A DNA stretch of 62,746 nt, the filler included, from Nemertoderma westbladi (Eukaryota > Animalia > Xenacoelomorpha), in the NCBI GenBank assembly GCA_032718475.1. It is 3 parts of 3 records of this genome, joined end to end, with 100 filler letters (N's around TTAATTAATTAA, not from the genome) between each part and the next. Parts side by side here need not be neighbours in the genome. Positions count along the whole stretch, not along the records: positions 45,519 to 62,746 come from JAUCBJ010002281.1; 2 more parts are not named here. One strand, given 5' to 3'. Shown piece by piece: positions 49,401-60,455 of the stretch. The notes beneath the pieces were generated by a model. That model did no database searches and had not been told where the DNA came from. It saw nothing but the letters and a program-made list of their open reading frames with translations. Position 1 is the stretch's first letter. The number at the start of each line of letters is the position of its first letter. A program made the translations under genes and the position numbers.

Positions 49401-52400
49401 TAGGTGTATAGAGAATATCATAAACTCCATTACCCTGGTCATTTATCACTAGTGGTATTGCCCTCCCATATGGATCTGTTATAGTGCAAGCCAAATCTGC
49501 TTTACCAGCTTCTCTTGTGTCAACTTTGAATTCGGTTGGTTCTGATGCTAGAACAACATCATTAATACCTTCTCCTGAAACCTTTACCGCTGTTGCATCA
49601 TAAAAATCCTTTATGATGGCAGTAAAAGGGCTCCCAGGGATGTCTTCATTACAGAATTTAACCGTTATTTGGTACTCCCCAGGCTCTGTAGCTGTATAAT
49701 CTACACAGCATGTGCTATCCTTGTTGGATTTGCATGAATTTTTAGTCTCAGCTGGACCTTGTATTTGGAGCCCCAGACCACCTGGTCCTGCATTTTTTGT
49801 GCTAACAGTAAAGCTCTGAGGTATATTTGTAAATCCCCCTTTTAAACCTGGCCCATAGGCTGAACAGCGGGCAGTTTCCTTGCCTTTGATACAATCAACA
49901 CCCAATGGACTTTGTGGAATTGGTATTCCATTGTATGAAGGGTCAATAGTATAGTGTCCCACTTCCTTTGGAGAATACATGACACTGTATTTTCCATTGT
50001 TATTATTCACTATGTTAGCAAGAGTTTTGCGGCCCGATGGTGCAGTAACTATAGCTTTTATTTCTCCATTTCCCAAAGGGTCAATAGTTGATGCATCCAC
50101 AGTGAATGCACTGTAAGAATTCACATACACATTTTCATAGAAATCCTGTAATTCAATGCTGGATACATCAATCTTTGTAGCAACATTAACAATAAATGGC
50201 GAGTCCTTTATAGCAAGTCCTTCAAAGTCAACATAAACTGTATATTTAGTTTCCACATCTGGTTTGTATGTAACATTATATGTACCATCAGCATTATCTG
50301 ATATTTCAGGTTTGATTTTGTCACCATTTTTTGCAGTTATTGAGCAAGAAACAGCTGGTTTGTAATTATCAGTAAGGGAGCTGAGAACTGGTTTAGTATC
50401 AATGACAAAATCTGTCGATTTATTTGGAACTACTCCTTCACGTTGTAAGCCTGCACCATATGCAATAACTTGTCCAGCATCATATGTTACTTTTGGATCA
50501 ATATGTGCCATGAATGGACTTCCAACAATATCTTCATCATCACAGGTAATATGCACAGCATATTCACCTGGACTCATAGGTGTATACTGCACAGCACATG
50601 AACCATCTTTATTATCCACAGTTTCAATCACTGCTTCAGAGGTTCCTTCTATAGAAAATCCTAATCCACCACAGGGATATCCCTGAGTTTCAACAGTAAA
50701 ATTAGCTGGTTGATCACAAACTCCATATTCTAGCCCCGGCCCATAAGCAAATACAGTGTTATTTGTGCTCTTTTGACCAACCTCAACATCATATGGGCTT
50801 CTTAGAATTTCTCTATTGCCATATGTAATTTCAACATTGTGGTGACCTACAGCTTTTGGTTTATATTTAAATTCATATAAATCCTCCTCAATGGGTGTCA
50901 TTGTAAGTGGAACTTCATATCCTTGAGGGTCAATGACCTTTGTATCCAGTACACCAACCCCAGCACTTGCAACATCAACAAGGAAGACAGCTTCATCTCC
51001 AACACGAATACCAGAGTATTGAACACCACGTCCAGACACCTTGACTTTGTTAGGATAGCAAGCTGGTTCCGTTTCAACTATAAATGGGCTGTCAGGTATA
51101 TGCTCACCACCAAATGTTACATTTACTATATGTTTTCCTGGCTGAAGTGGCCTATATCGACATTTGTTGACATTATCGTCATCTTTTGATAATTCTGTTG
51201 GAATCTTGTCTCCTTCAGGATCAAATAAAGATACTTCAACATGTCCATTGCCAGCATCTGTAGCTATTACTTCAAAGAATGTATACTCATCCACTTTCAG
51301 ACCTGTAGGATTTACTCCTGGTCCTCGGACTGTTACCTTACTAGGATCCCCAAGTGCATCTGAGACATGGACATTAAATGGGCTATTAGGAACTTCTTTG
51401 TCAGCGTAATGCACCTTTACAATATAATTTCCAGGGGCATCAGGAGTATATGATGCTGAATATGTTTTTTTGGCATCATCATTGTACTTTAGATCAACTT
51501 GTTCACTAACTCCATTTGGTTTAGTAACTGTTGCTTCAACATTTGCATTACCCGCACTGAAAGTTTCAACCACAAAATTAGCAGGTAGAGCAGCAATGCA
51601 TCCTTCTGGTTCCACACCTGGTCCATAAACCTTTACTTTACTTGGATTAGTTTTTGGGCGTAGTGGGGCTCCTTCCTTAAGTTTGCACTGAGGGAACTGA
51701 CTGAGATAAGTCATCATTGACAAATCATCAACTTTAGGATTTGTCATATCTTCAGGACTAATTAATTGAGGTATAGACAGCCAGTCCTCACCAAGCTGCA
51801 TTGCCTCCTGAGCATTCTTAAAGGCATCTTGTGGGTCCCATGTGTCCCAATCAGGACATAAACCTGGGGCAATGGAGTCAACTAATGCACCAACAGCAAT
51901 GCCATCATTCCAATCATGAGAAAAATTTGATACACCAGCATCAGGCACCTTCTCCTTAAGCCAATCTAGGAGACGTTGTTTTGGTGTGGGTCCATCTTTT
52001 GTTTTGGTTTTGTCACCATCATCAATCACTGCTGAGGATATTGAATAATGAAGAATCATCGTCCAAACTAAACCAAGTGTTAATTTTAGTTTACCACCAA
52101 CGATATCAGAACTATCAATATTTACAATCTTAATATGTTCTTTCTCCTCAAGAAACTGTAAAGCCTTTGAAACATTCTCCAGTTTCATCATTATAAATTT
52201 TGGCTTCCTGGTGTATTTACCAACACTTTTACCAGAGAGGGCTTCTAGTAAATTACAAAGAATAATTCCATCCTGTAGATCGATTTGAAGATCGTTGATA
52301 GACTTGTTTGATTGTTTGAGATGTTCATTGATCCATCTTGTAAACGTATTCTTTTGGATACGTTTCCATTCTGCATCATCAGAAAGGTCCCGTTCTGCTG

Positions 52401-52434
52401 CCAAAAGCACCTCCTCATCATTATTGTTATTCAT
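46423..52434 (-). CDS. FLN: Filamin (actin cross-linker): 2 CH domains and 18 Ig-like repeats, single uninterrupted ORF, 2003 aa
   Basis: ERDLSDDAEWKRIQKNTFTRWINEHL, LGLVWTMILHYSIS and SMMTYLSQFP match the filamin actin-binding domain. Repeated AYGPG...GSPF units. The C-terminal dimerisation repeat ends WGDYHIPGSPF. Confidence 0.97.
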   Translation of the reverse strand: MNNNNDEEVLLAAERDLSDDAEWKRIQKNTFTRWINEHLKQSNKSINDLQIDLQDGIILCNLLEALSGKSVGKYTRKPKFIMMKLENVSKALQFLEEKEHIKIVNIDSSDIVGGKLKLTLGLVWTMILHYSISSAVIDDGDKTKTKDGPTPKQRLLDWLKEKVPDAGVSNFSHDWNDGIAVGALVDSIAPGLCPDWDTWDPQDAFKNAQEAMQLGEDWLSIPQLISPEDMTNPKVDDLSMMTYLSQFPQCKLKEGAPLRPKTNPSKVKVYGPGVEPEGCIAALPANFVVETFSAGNANVEATVTKPNGVSEQVDLKYNDDAKKTYSASYTPDAPGNYIVKVHYADKEVPNSPFNVHVSDALGDPSKVTVRGPGVNPTGLKVDEYTFFEVIATDAGNGHVEVSLFDPEGDKIPTELSKDDDNVNKCRYRPLQPGKHIVNVTFGGEHIPDSPFIVETEPACYPNKVKVSGRGVQYSGIRVGDEAVFLVDVASAGVGVLDTKVIDPQGYEVPLTMTPIEEDLYEFKYKPKAVGHHNVEITYGNREILRSPYDVEVGQKSTNNTVFAYGPGLEYGVCDQPANFTVETQGYPCGGLGFSIEGTSEAVIETVDNKDGSCAVQYTPMSPGEYAVHITCDDEDIVGSPFMAHIDPKVTYDAGQVIAYGAGLQREGVVPNKSTDFVIDTKPVLSSLTDNYKPAVSCSITAKNGDKIKPEISDNADGTYNVTYKPDVETKYTVYVDFEGLAIKDSPFIVNVATKIDVSSIELQDFYENVYVNSYSAFTVDASTIDPLGNGEIKAIVTAPSGRKTLANIVNNNNGKYSVMYSPKEVGHYTIDPSYNGIPIPQSPLGVDCIKGKETARCSAYGPGLKGGFTNIPQSFTVSTKNAGPGGLGLQIQGPAETKNSCKSNKDSTCCVDYTATEPGEYQITVKFCNEDIPGSPFTAIIKDFYDATAVKVSGEGINDVVLASEPTEFKVDTREAGKADLACTITDPYGRAIPLVINDQGNGVYDILYTPTDIGVHKIDTKYGGDNVECGCVEVKAVPTGNATLCKVGEYYQPEDEDIDPSLTIDTSKAGKGMLTAKVTGPNEEQCISRVETDNLGNAIVRFKPTQKGEYIADLKFGGQPLMESPVPMLVEDQNELKRTRAYPVDLKLPFNLSDDEHMTGDVKMPSGNTMDATVINNRDGTVQLKFNPVELGLHELYLKKNGTNIPEKPLYVWVDSKKSRCVRAYGPGLTYGIVGTPALFSLETKWAGKAALSVAIEGTSETEINVNDNHDGTCDVSYVPSMAGEYKIIMKMDEDEIIGSPFTAKISNKDTLTVNTPNDVVLSTTESDIDALYATITAPNGKETPCILFINDDQNLSITFLPKEVGLHHINVLKDNHHIKNSPFPVFVSKAKTADPSKVYVYGKGIHYGLLNNTNSFFIDAKNAGSGNLGLSIEGPSKTTLKCESTDDGIFHAFYRPTVPGEYKINVEYVGQHVPGSPFKVYVIQPEMQARCSEEMVPTKISPLEMKVGDDCDFGLNMPPRTAASELSCIVVNPHGDLCNADLVQIDDKKYMVRFVPKENGLHAIEIKHANQHIPGSPFPFTVGPIRGAAGDKVHASGPGLVRGEAGKPGEFTIFAREAGSGDIGVTIEGPSKADIVPINRKDGSVDVEYFPTKPGLYDIIVKFNDKHIADSPFTVYVAEPQLEDDKADNNYHTNITTLDGKPIDVTIPLPDHVSPASLEATVVAPSHETYPAKVKRNKDGVPVVNFSPKETGDHFIHVLDDGQPIVGSPFRVVVREKGADVGDASQVRAYGKGLESGITGITSDFVVDTGDVAAGTASVNINGPSKVSIECDEVDEGYKISYTPLKPGQYTVNIKYGNKDHIPGSPYVVNITGEDLMKQQDSREKASATVTMTTAKHSSSHAVDATPSSADALNVFCEGESLHDGVVGENSFLVNATKVKCDMLQIGVKGPSRPCEEIVVKHIKGGIYRVSYFVAEKGRYVLAIKWGDYHIPGSPFYAKVN

Positions 52435-52689
52435 TGTAACTAATATTTGTTAAAACAATCAACAACAGTATAAATTAAAGTAATAATGCTCATTAAATTA
52501 ACACTAACACAAACCACATCACATGGCTACTAGAAATGAATATTAACATTTAAAATTTTGTAAAATTTATTTCATTCAACGATTTTATTTGTTATTTTGA
52601 AAAATTTATATGTTTACAACATTTACATAAATTTATATTTATTAATATTATTACCGGGATACTACTACAAATTAATAGTAATTACTAGG

Positions 52690-53140
52690 TCGAGGGAGCT
52701 CAGACAGTGGAAATGAGATCCTCCAAGCTTCCCGATTCTACGGTTGTCACAATGTCATTCCTCATAAGTCCAGCATCCCTTTCAAGTTGGTCATATGTCA
52801 TAACCACTCCACCATGCGAAAGCCTACCTGAGTTGGTTGCCCGAGAATTAGATGTATCTGGCATGACCTCGTCATTATCTCTCAAGCAGTGCCCACTGAA
52901 TGCATATAGTCTGCATTCACATACAGTAGTTCATCTTGACAGGTGGTATTGTACCATAAAGCTTGGTGTTTGTAATGTCCTGTCTTCAGTTCCATGTTTG
53001 GTGTTACCCTTAGTAGTCTTTATGTCTTGTGTAACATCTATCAATTTGTCGTTCAAATGATTTTGTCAGTGCCCAGTTGTTATCACCCCCAAATTTAAGT
53101 ACGTTTCAGCTACCAGATTTAGATTTCAACTTATCATTCT
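52690..53140 (-). pseudogene. Degenerate RTE-like LINE 3' fragment
   Basis: Frameshifted peptides WALTKSFERQIDRCYTR, ITNTKLYGTIPPV, FSGHCLR and TYDQLERDAGL parallel the C-terminus of the RT ORF at 58819-60267. Confidence 0.65.
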
Positions 53141-54989
53141 CAACCAATAGGGCTTTCTCAGACAGCTAACGCTTTAGACTGCTGGAAGGATGGTATTGAA
53201 GTTCCCTATGGAGAATGGCAATCAATGGGTGATGGATGGTGACCTCCCACCATTTTACTCTTAAACTATATTTTTTTTACTTCTAGCTAACACTTGTTTA
53301 ATTACATGTATTTGAACAAGGTAGGCAGCACCATGCGGGATGGCAGTGAGAAACCTAATAGACGTTGGCTGACTGACTGGTGCGAGCTTTTTAATCAATT
53401 CAGAGTACTTGTATTGTACGTGTAACCATGTAAGACTCTGCACTTCAAATGCAATATATTTGCATGACCCGGCCCACTCTCAACTTTAAGGAGAACCGTG
53501 ATTTGGTGCAAGTTTGTGGTCCCACTTACTAGTGGTTTGGTAGTTAAGCCTCAGCTCCTGAGAAAGCCATCTTAATTTCGGATGAAACCAAAACGGACTA
53601 AGACGCAGACTTCTCGAAGACGATCAGTAGTAATTTATTAAATGTATACATTTATGGGCCACTATTATGTTTTATTTCCCTTGTTATACATATATATATT
53701 CGATTCTATCACACTGCAGGCGCCACTTTTCATATGGAAAACATACTAAATAAAGTATTATATTAACTATTATAAACTTTGTCTCTTTCTCTTTCCGTCT
53801 CTCTTTGTTTGTTTCTAATAAATTTTGTGGAATTTCGTACTTTATGCTATTGGCCCGAAGCGCCAATTCCACCGTTTAAATTTCCCTACATATAGTAAAG
53901 GTATTTGAAACATTTAATTGTCTTTGATTTAGTTTGCGTCATCGGATACGACATTAAATCTTGGTTTCTTGGATACAATATGTCCCATTGTAGAGGTAGC
54001 AGCATTGATCAGCGCTGGGTTAACCGACTTCCAAAGGATAGAAGATGTTCCAATCCCAGAGATAATATCGAAAATCAATGTAGAGCAGAGAAATGTCATT
54101 TTCAGGTATGAAATACTTATTTCATTTATTTTATACTTAACGTTATGGTGGTAGGGTAGGCCTATGTTATACTATACCACTTTTGGTTTTGGTGTAAGAT
54201 GTTATGTGGCCTCGGTGGGTTTGTTTTTTTAATTATCATGCCTAAACCAAAAATAAAATTAAGATGAGGTTATAAGGAAAGGCAAACTTTAAGGTGGGGG
54301 GGGGGGTCACATTTTATAGGCTAAAAATTTCAAAATTCTGTCTAAAATTTTTATTGGTCAATATTATGTCCAGACCATGGACTGAAAATTTCAAAAAAAT
54401 AATGAATGAGTGGCATTTAGACTACCGGTAATTATCATAGAAATATGAATAAAATTGGCGGGAAATTCAAAATAAATTGTTTCCATGAAAGTCATTATAA
54501 GAAATAACTAAATACATAATTAAGTATGTATAATTTCACTGCATGTTTATAGCAAACAAAACTCTTAATCCTCAGAAAACGGTAGGTATATTAACCATCT
54601 CCAACCTCATGATGTGATCTCGTTAATTTATTTTCTCATGGTTGTTTTATTAACATGTATTTATTCCATTCCTTTAAGGGCTATTTATTCCTTCCAAAAA
54701 AATGACTCGTCATGATTTAGTATTTTACAATTAATTATTTGAATTACTCAGGGAGGTGAATGTATCGTGGGTTGTAGATGAAAAATGGAAATCGAAAGAT
54801 ATTGTATACGAAGTAAGGACTTATCAAACGGAAGATCCCGTTTGTTTCACTCGAAGTATAGCGGGACCCGTCGAAATGGTAACAAAGGTGAGTGTGCCAA
54901 TCGTTGGTTAATCTGCTATTGATAATTAGCATTATTGGACTCTAGGGAAGGCGTAAAGGGTACTGCGCTAATGGCAAGTTAATATAGGC

Positions 54990-55940
54990 CGGAATATTGC
55001 CCCTGACGACAATTATTCCCCCCCCCCCCTGGACAATTTCCCCTGACGACAATAATTGCCCCCCGGGCAATTGCCCCCACTGACACCTACCCAGCAAACA
55101 ACCAATTGCCCCATAAGGAAAATTTCAAAATAAATAAAGTCGTTCCAAACTACTGTAGCTGTAATTTTATAATCAATACTTTAATTTAAATTCATAAGTC
55201 CGTTTAAAACATTTAATTTAAAAAACTTTTGTTTGTTTATTTATGCGCTCAATAATTCCGATATTTTACTACTGAAGTATTACAATAAAAATATAATGTT
55301 AACGAAACTGAAGCCACTAAATTATGTCAAACAAATGATATAGCTACTGTTGTAGGTAGCTAGCGGAAGGTCAATCAAATAATTGATATAGAAAAAAAAT
55401 CATTTTTATTTTGAAAAACACATAAAAATTAAAAGTTTAGAAACGACGATCTAGTTTAATTTTTAACTTGAATACCAGAAAACCATCAAAGTATATTCTG
55501 AAGATACTACTACTACTACTAGGATCGGCATGCTGCATTGCAGCTGCATTTTTAAGAATGCTGTGCCGGCTTGTCAACAAAATTGCACCGCCACAACTCC
55601 CTATCACCCATGACATTTGCTAGATCATCCGCATCTTTAAGGCCAGTGTCCTTTAAGATGCGTCTCAAGAAAGTCATGGGCTGTCCACCATGCTTATTCA
55701 CTCCATGAGGCTGCCAAAGTACAAGATTATGCACTGGCTGGTCCTCACGGCGAAAGCAATGTCCTGCAAAGCGGAGGCGGTTTTGTTCTAGTGTCAAGCT
55801 TGGGGGAACCAATGAGACACCTCCAATGTTATATAGTGTCTGGTTGGAGATGTGTGCATTGTACTTGACACAATTCTGAAAATAAGATATCGGGGGAAAA
55901 TTGTCCGGAGTCAATAATTGTCCAGGGAGCAATTATTGTG
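54990..55940. mobile_element. MITE-like element with inverted subterminal repeats (host of the short LINE)
   Basis: GACAA(T/A)..TTGCCCC repeats at the left and GGG..CAATTATTGT / AATTGTCC at the right. Exact ends unclear. Confidence 0.4.
55507..55872 (-). mobile_element. 5'-truncated RTE-like LINE (3' end only)
   Basis: Near-identical to 58786-59140, with a (TAG)n tail and a 12-bp TSD ATTCTGAA(G/A)ATA. Confidence 0.9.
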
Positions 55941-56509
55941 GCACACTAGTCCTACAAATCCTACAAGACCCTACACACATAGGCCTACTGCCTACAAACA
56001 CACACAGGCACCTAATACTGTAGGCCAGTGCAGTATGTACATATAATAAATATCTCGACGCTTTATGCTGGTTGGCATATTTTAATAAAATTAGTATTTT
56101 AAAAGAACAACAGTCGGACAGTCACAATATAATCGACAACATTATATCTCCGTCAAACTTTACAAAACCGTAACATTTGTGTAAATAAGATTAATTTCAA
56201 TAATAATTAATGACCCAATTTGGAGGAGGGGGGTTGACTAATTCAGAAAAAAAATCTCTTTTTCATTTTCAATTCCTCCTGGTGCAGATTTTTATGAGGA
56301 TTTCAAAACTTCCTTCAAACTGTTTGTGTGATAATGTTAAACTTGCTCTGGGTAAAACTCTGAAATCTGTCTGTCTGGGATTGTATCTCTGACGGTTTGT
56401 CGGTCATAATATAACAAAAGCATTCTTTCTAGGTAAAAGTTATGTTATGGGGGTAGTCCTGGTGGCTGATTTCATTCCAATCGTCAGTTTTCACTTTTAA
56501 CGAAAACTA

Positions 56510-57575
56510 TTATTTGATTTGATTTTGATTTTATTTATTCCTCAATAGTATAGATATTAATTACATTACATTATAAGCAGAGTTGACTCTGTTGGGTGGT
56601 AGGGGGGCGGTCGAGACCATAGCGCAGCTAGTGTAGCATGGCGCGCCCTCTTGCAGTGGAAGAAGTAGGACAAGAGGATGCCTTGACATTGCCATTGCAT
56701 TGCATGACTTTGCGGGTGGTCAGTGAGGCTCTGATTGAAAAGTTTAAGATATTTGAAATAGTTTGTGATCTCATAAAAAATTAATAATTTAAGGGTGTTG
56801 AGTTCGGGAGAAAAAATTATAAGATGGCCAAAAAGTGTCTAGGAGAAAGATAAACAAAATAATAGTGAGGTGCTACCTGGGGTTAGAATTTTGGGTGCAT
56901 TAATAATTCGGACACGGGAGTAAATTATATTATAACCGACGTTTCAAGACTAGGACTGTTAAGGATAGATTCAGATAAAGCGTTCCAGAGAAGGGGCCTT
57001 GCATCGATATTGATTGATGGCGAACATTGAGATGCGTAGGAGGTAAGTGAAATAGACCAGAGGAGGTCAGACGAGTGCTATAAGAATGTACAGAAGAAGC
57101 TTTGGTAAATAGGTGAGATAATGGGTGAGAATGATTGCGGTGAATCGAGTACATTAGAGACAGAACCTGGTGTTTATAGAGTAGCACTAGAGGAAGTATA
57201 CGCAGCTGTTTGTATATAGGAAAATGACTGAAGGTAATACAGCGGACTATTTTATTTTATTTCGTTTTTAGAGGACGACGAGTTGTAATGTAATTGTATG
57301 TACTACCCCAGACCATTAGACCATAATAAACGTATATGGATAAATTAGAGACTGGAACAACATATGCGGGATGTGGAGTGGGAGTATATGACGTAGTTTG
57401 TAGAAGTGGCCAGCGGTTCTAGGTATTTTTTTTAGAATGAACTGAACATGGTTACGAAAAGATAGATTAGAATCAATAAGAATTCCTAAGTATTTAGTGG
57501 CATTGACCTGTCTGATAGGCTTATTATTTATCGATAGATTAGAAAGCAAGGGAGGTGTTCTAGTGTTAGAAAATG
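56510..57575 (-). pseudogene. CR1/L2-group LINE 3' fragment
   Basis: KYLGILIDSNLSFRNHV..KLRHILP..LIYPY and HSYSTR..SISMQGP peptides, 3' UTR and an AATAAA-(AAATC)n tail. Confidence 0.75.
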
Positions 57576-57579
57576 TTGT

Positions 57580-58160
57580 ATATTCCGTTTTTTCAAAGTA
57601 TGTATGTATGTCTCTATGTCTATCTGTCTGTCTGTCAAAATATAAAAACATCATACCACCTAGATAAAACTTCTTTGTGTTTTTTTTTTGGTCGCTGATT
57701 TCATTTCCGAAGTCAGTTTTCATTTTTAGTGAAGTCTATTATGTCTGATTGTCGGTCTGTATGTATATCAGTCTGTCTGTCTGTTAAAATATAAGGAAAG
57801 CATTCCAACTAGATCAAAGTGTTGTTATGGGGTTATCCTGGTTGCTGATTTCCTTTCCGACGTCAGTTTTCACTTTTAACAAACCCTACTATGTCTGTCT
57901 GTCAGTTTTTCTGTCTGTCTAGCGATCTGTCTATCAAAGTAATACGAATGCATACCAACTAGCTAAAAAATTTTGTCAGGGGGTTTTCATGGTTGGTGAT
58001 TTCATTTCCGATGTACGTTTTCGTGTTTGGTGTCATCCACATTGTCTGTTCAGCTTTCGGTTATATTTTGACGGACTGAAAGACAGCAATGACAGACAGG
58101 CATGACTCTGTCAAATGAGAAAACAGACTTTAGAAATGAAATCACCAACCCGGAAAACCA
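57580..58160. repeat. Helentron/HINE-like element with degenerate ~150-bp repeats (related block at 56360-56510)
   Basis: (GTAT)n(GTCT)n microsatellite and recurring GCTGATTTCATTTCCGA.GTCAGTTTTCA, with one copy inverted near 58120-58150. Confidence 0.5.
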
Positions 58161-58785
58161 TTGCAACAAAATTTTCAGTGGGGTTGTGTACATTCTAACA
58201 TTTCATTGGACAGAATTACCCTAAGCATAAACTTTAAATGCGTTTTCTAAAGAATGCAAATTTTAAATTTCAAAATGCAAAGGCTTTTCGAAAAATTCAC
58301 GAATTCTTGTGAAATATGGCATGAATGATGATTGGGTGATTCTTAACACCCCCTATTACCACTTTTTAATTTTCTTTGTTATAACTGAAATAATTAACAA
58401 AATATGTAAAGTTTTGGCCAAAAATGGCGAAATCTGTCAAAAATACAACAAAAAAAAACGTTTTTTTTTTAAATAATTTTTGAACGGAAGCATTTATCAA
58501 AATTTTGGTAATAGGATCGATTCACCAAATCATTGTGCACAAATGATGAAATTTTGGGCACTTATGACCATCCCTCTAAAAGCCTTTGCATTTTAAAAAA
58601 TAATTGCATAAATTATGTTAATTAGGTTAAAAAAAATTAAAAATTTAGAAAATTTTTATTGAAAATTTCTTAACAACCTATTCTATACATGTACCAAATG
58701 TCAATAATTTTTGGTAAAACGAAGTCTCCAAAATAAGGGAACGAAAATTTTTGGTTAATTAGAGAAATTCTTAAAGAAATAACTA

Positions 58786-60455
58786 CTAGGATCGGCATGC
58801 TGCATTGCAGCTGCATTTTTAAGAATGCTGTGCCGGCTTGTCAACAAAATTGCACCGCCACAACTCCCTATCACCCATGACATTTGCTAGATCATCCGCA
58901 TCTTTAAGGCCAGTGTCCTTTAAGATGCGTCTCAAGAAAGTCATGGGCTGTCCACCATGCTTATTCACTCCATGAGGCTGCCAAAGTACAAGATTATGCA
59001 CTGGCTGGTCCTCACGGCGAAAGCAATGTCCTGCAAAGCGGAGGCGATTTTGTTCTAGTGCCAAGCTTGGGGGAACCAATGAGACACCTCCAATGTTATA
59101 TAGTGTCTGGTTGGAGATGTGTGCATTGTACTTGACACAATGAACCCGGCGTAGCATTCTTGTGAATGTGCCATCCAGAGATTTGGTGTCTTCAGCAGTT
59201 AGAGCCCAGCATGGACTCCCGTAGAGGAGTACTGGAACTACTGCTGCTCTAAATAATCGGACCTTAAGTTTCCGATTAATTCTCGGTGACTTCCAAATCC
59301 TGGAAAGCCTATTCAAGGCTGCCCATGCCTTTCCCTTACGTATTCGAAGGTCCTCACCTGACTTCCGGATCCATGATCCCAGGTAACAGAAGTCGTCCAC
59401 ATGCTCAAGCATACCATCCTTTGAGCTTATGCTCATCCGATCACAGACTTGCTGAGGACTTTCAAAGTTAACTGTCAGAATTTTGGTCTTTCTGGAGTTA
59501 ATAAAAAGACCAACACTAGAAGCAGCAAGTTCTAATGAGCTGAGGAGCCGTTGGGCTCCCTCTAATGATTCCGAGAGTACTCCTAAGTCATCAGCAAAGT
59601 CTAGATCAGTTAGGTACTTGGCAGGATTTCCTCGACTTCTGGAGCCAGTAGGTGGAGTTATCATCACCCCATCATCATTATAATGATCTAAGGACATGCG
59701 TAGAACATAGTCAACCACAATAATGAACAAGAATGGTGCAAGTGTGTCTCCTTGGAGGACGCCCCATAACACTTCAAATGGTTCTGTGTCACCGTCAACA
59801 GTAGACACAAATGTTGTCGAACCATCGTATACTGATCTGATTGCTGCAATAATTTCATCAGGAATCCCATATAATGAAAGTATGCTGAACATACGTGAGC
59901 GAGAGACTGAATCAAAGGCCTTGAAGAAGTCAACAAAGATAACAGCCAGATGCCTGTCTTTCTTTTTTGATAACTCTTCAATTATCCTTCTAAGTGCCAA
60001 AATGGGCTCCATGGTCCCACGACCTTTACGGAACCCATTCTGATTTCCACGGAGCAGTCTCTCAATGGGATCCCTGATGCGATTTAATAGAATCCTATTG
60101 TATAGCTTTGCAGCAATCGAGATCAATGAGATTCCCCGAAAAGAACCATAGAGTGTTAGGTTGCCCTTCTTGGGAACTGGCACCAACTTATTTGTTTTCA
60201 TTTCTTGTGGGACTCTTGTTGTTCGGTACATGTCTACTATATGATGGGATAGATGAGCTTTAAACACTCAGGTATTTTAAAGACCTCAGGGGGAACACCA
60301 TCTACTCCACTGGCACGATTGGTCTTAATGCTCTTTGCAGCAGCCTTCACTTCTGCAAAGGAGATATCGCCAATGGGAATATCTGGGAGTACAGACTCAG
60401 ACACTTTTACTTCTATAAAGTTATCAGGCAATACCCTGTCATTATTGAGGAGCTT
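58786..60455 (-). mobile_element. 5'-truncated RTE-clade LINE with ~142-bp target-site duplication
   Basis: RT ORF and TAG tail. Flanks 58644-58785 and 60456-60599 are near-identical direct repeats. Confidence 0.9.
58819..60431 (-). pseudogene. RTE-like reverse transcriptase (frameshift near 60250, endonuclease missing)
   Basis: RASGVDGVPPEVFK, FRGISLIS, QNGFRKGR, FVDFFKAFDSV, GVLQGDTLAPFLF, FADD, FCYLGS and RLRFAGHCFR. Confidence 0.9.

Noticed and set aside
17262-51409. Short antisense or alternate-frame ORFs overlapping the Gag-like ORF, ACC, Copia and filamin
   Set aside because: Shadow ORFs of real coding sequence with no recognisable motifs.
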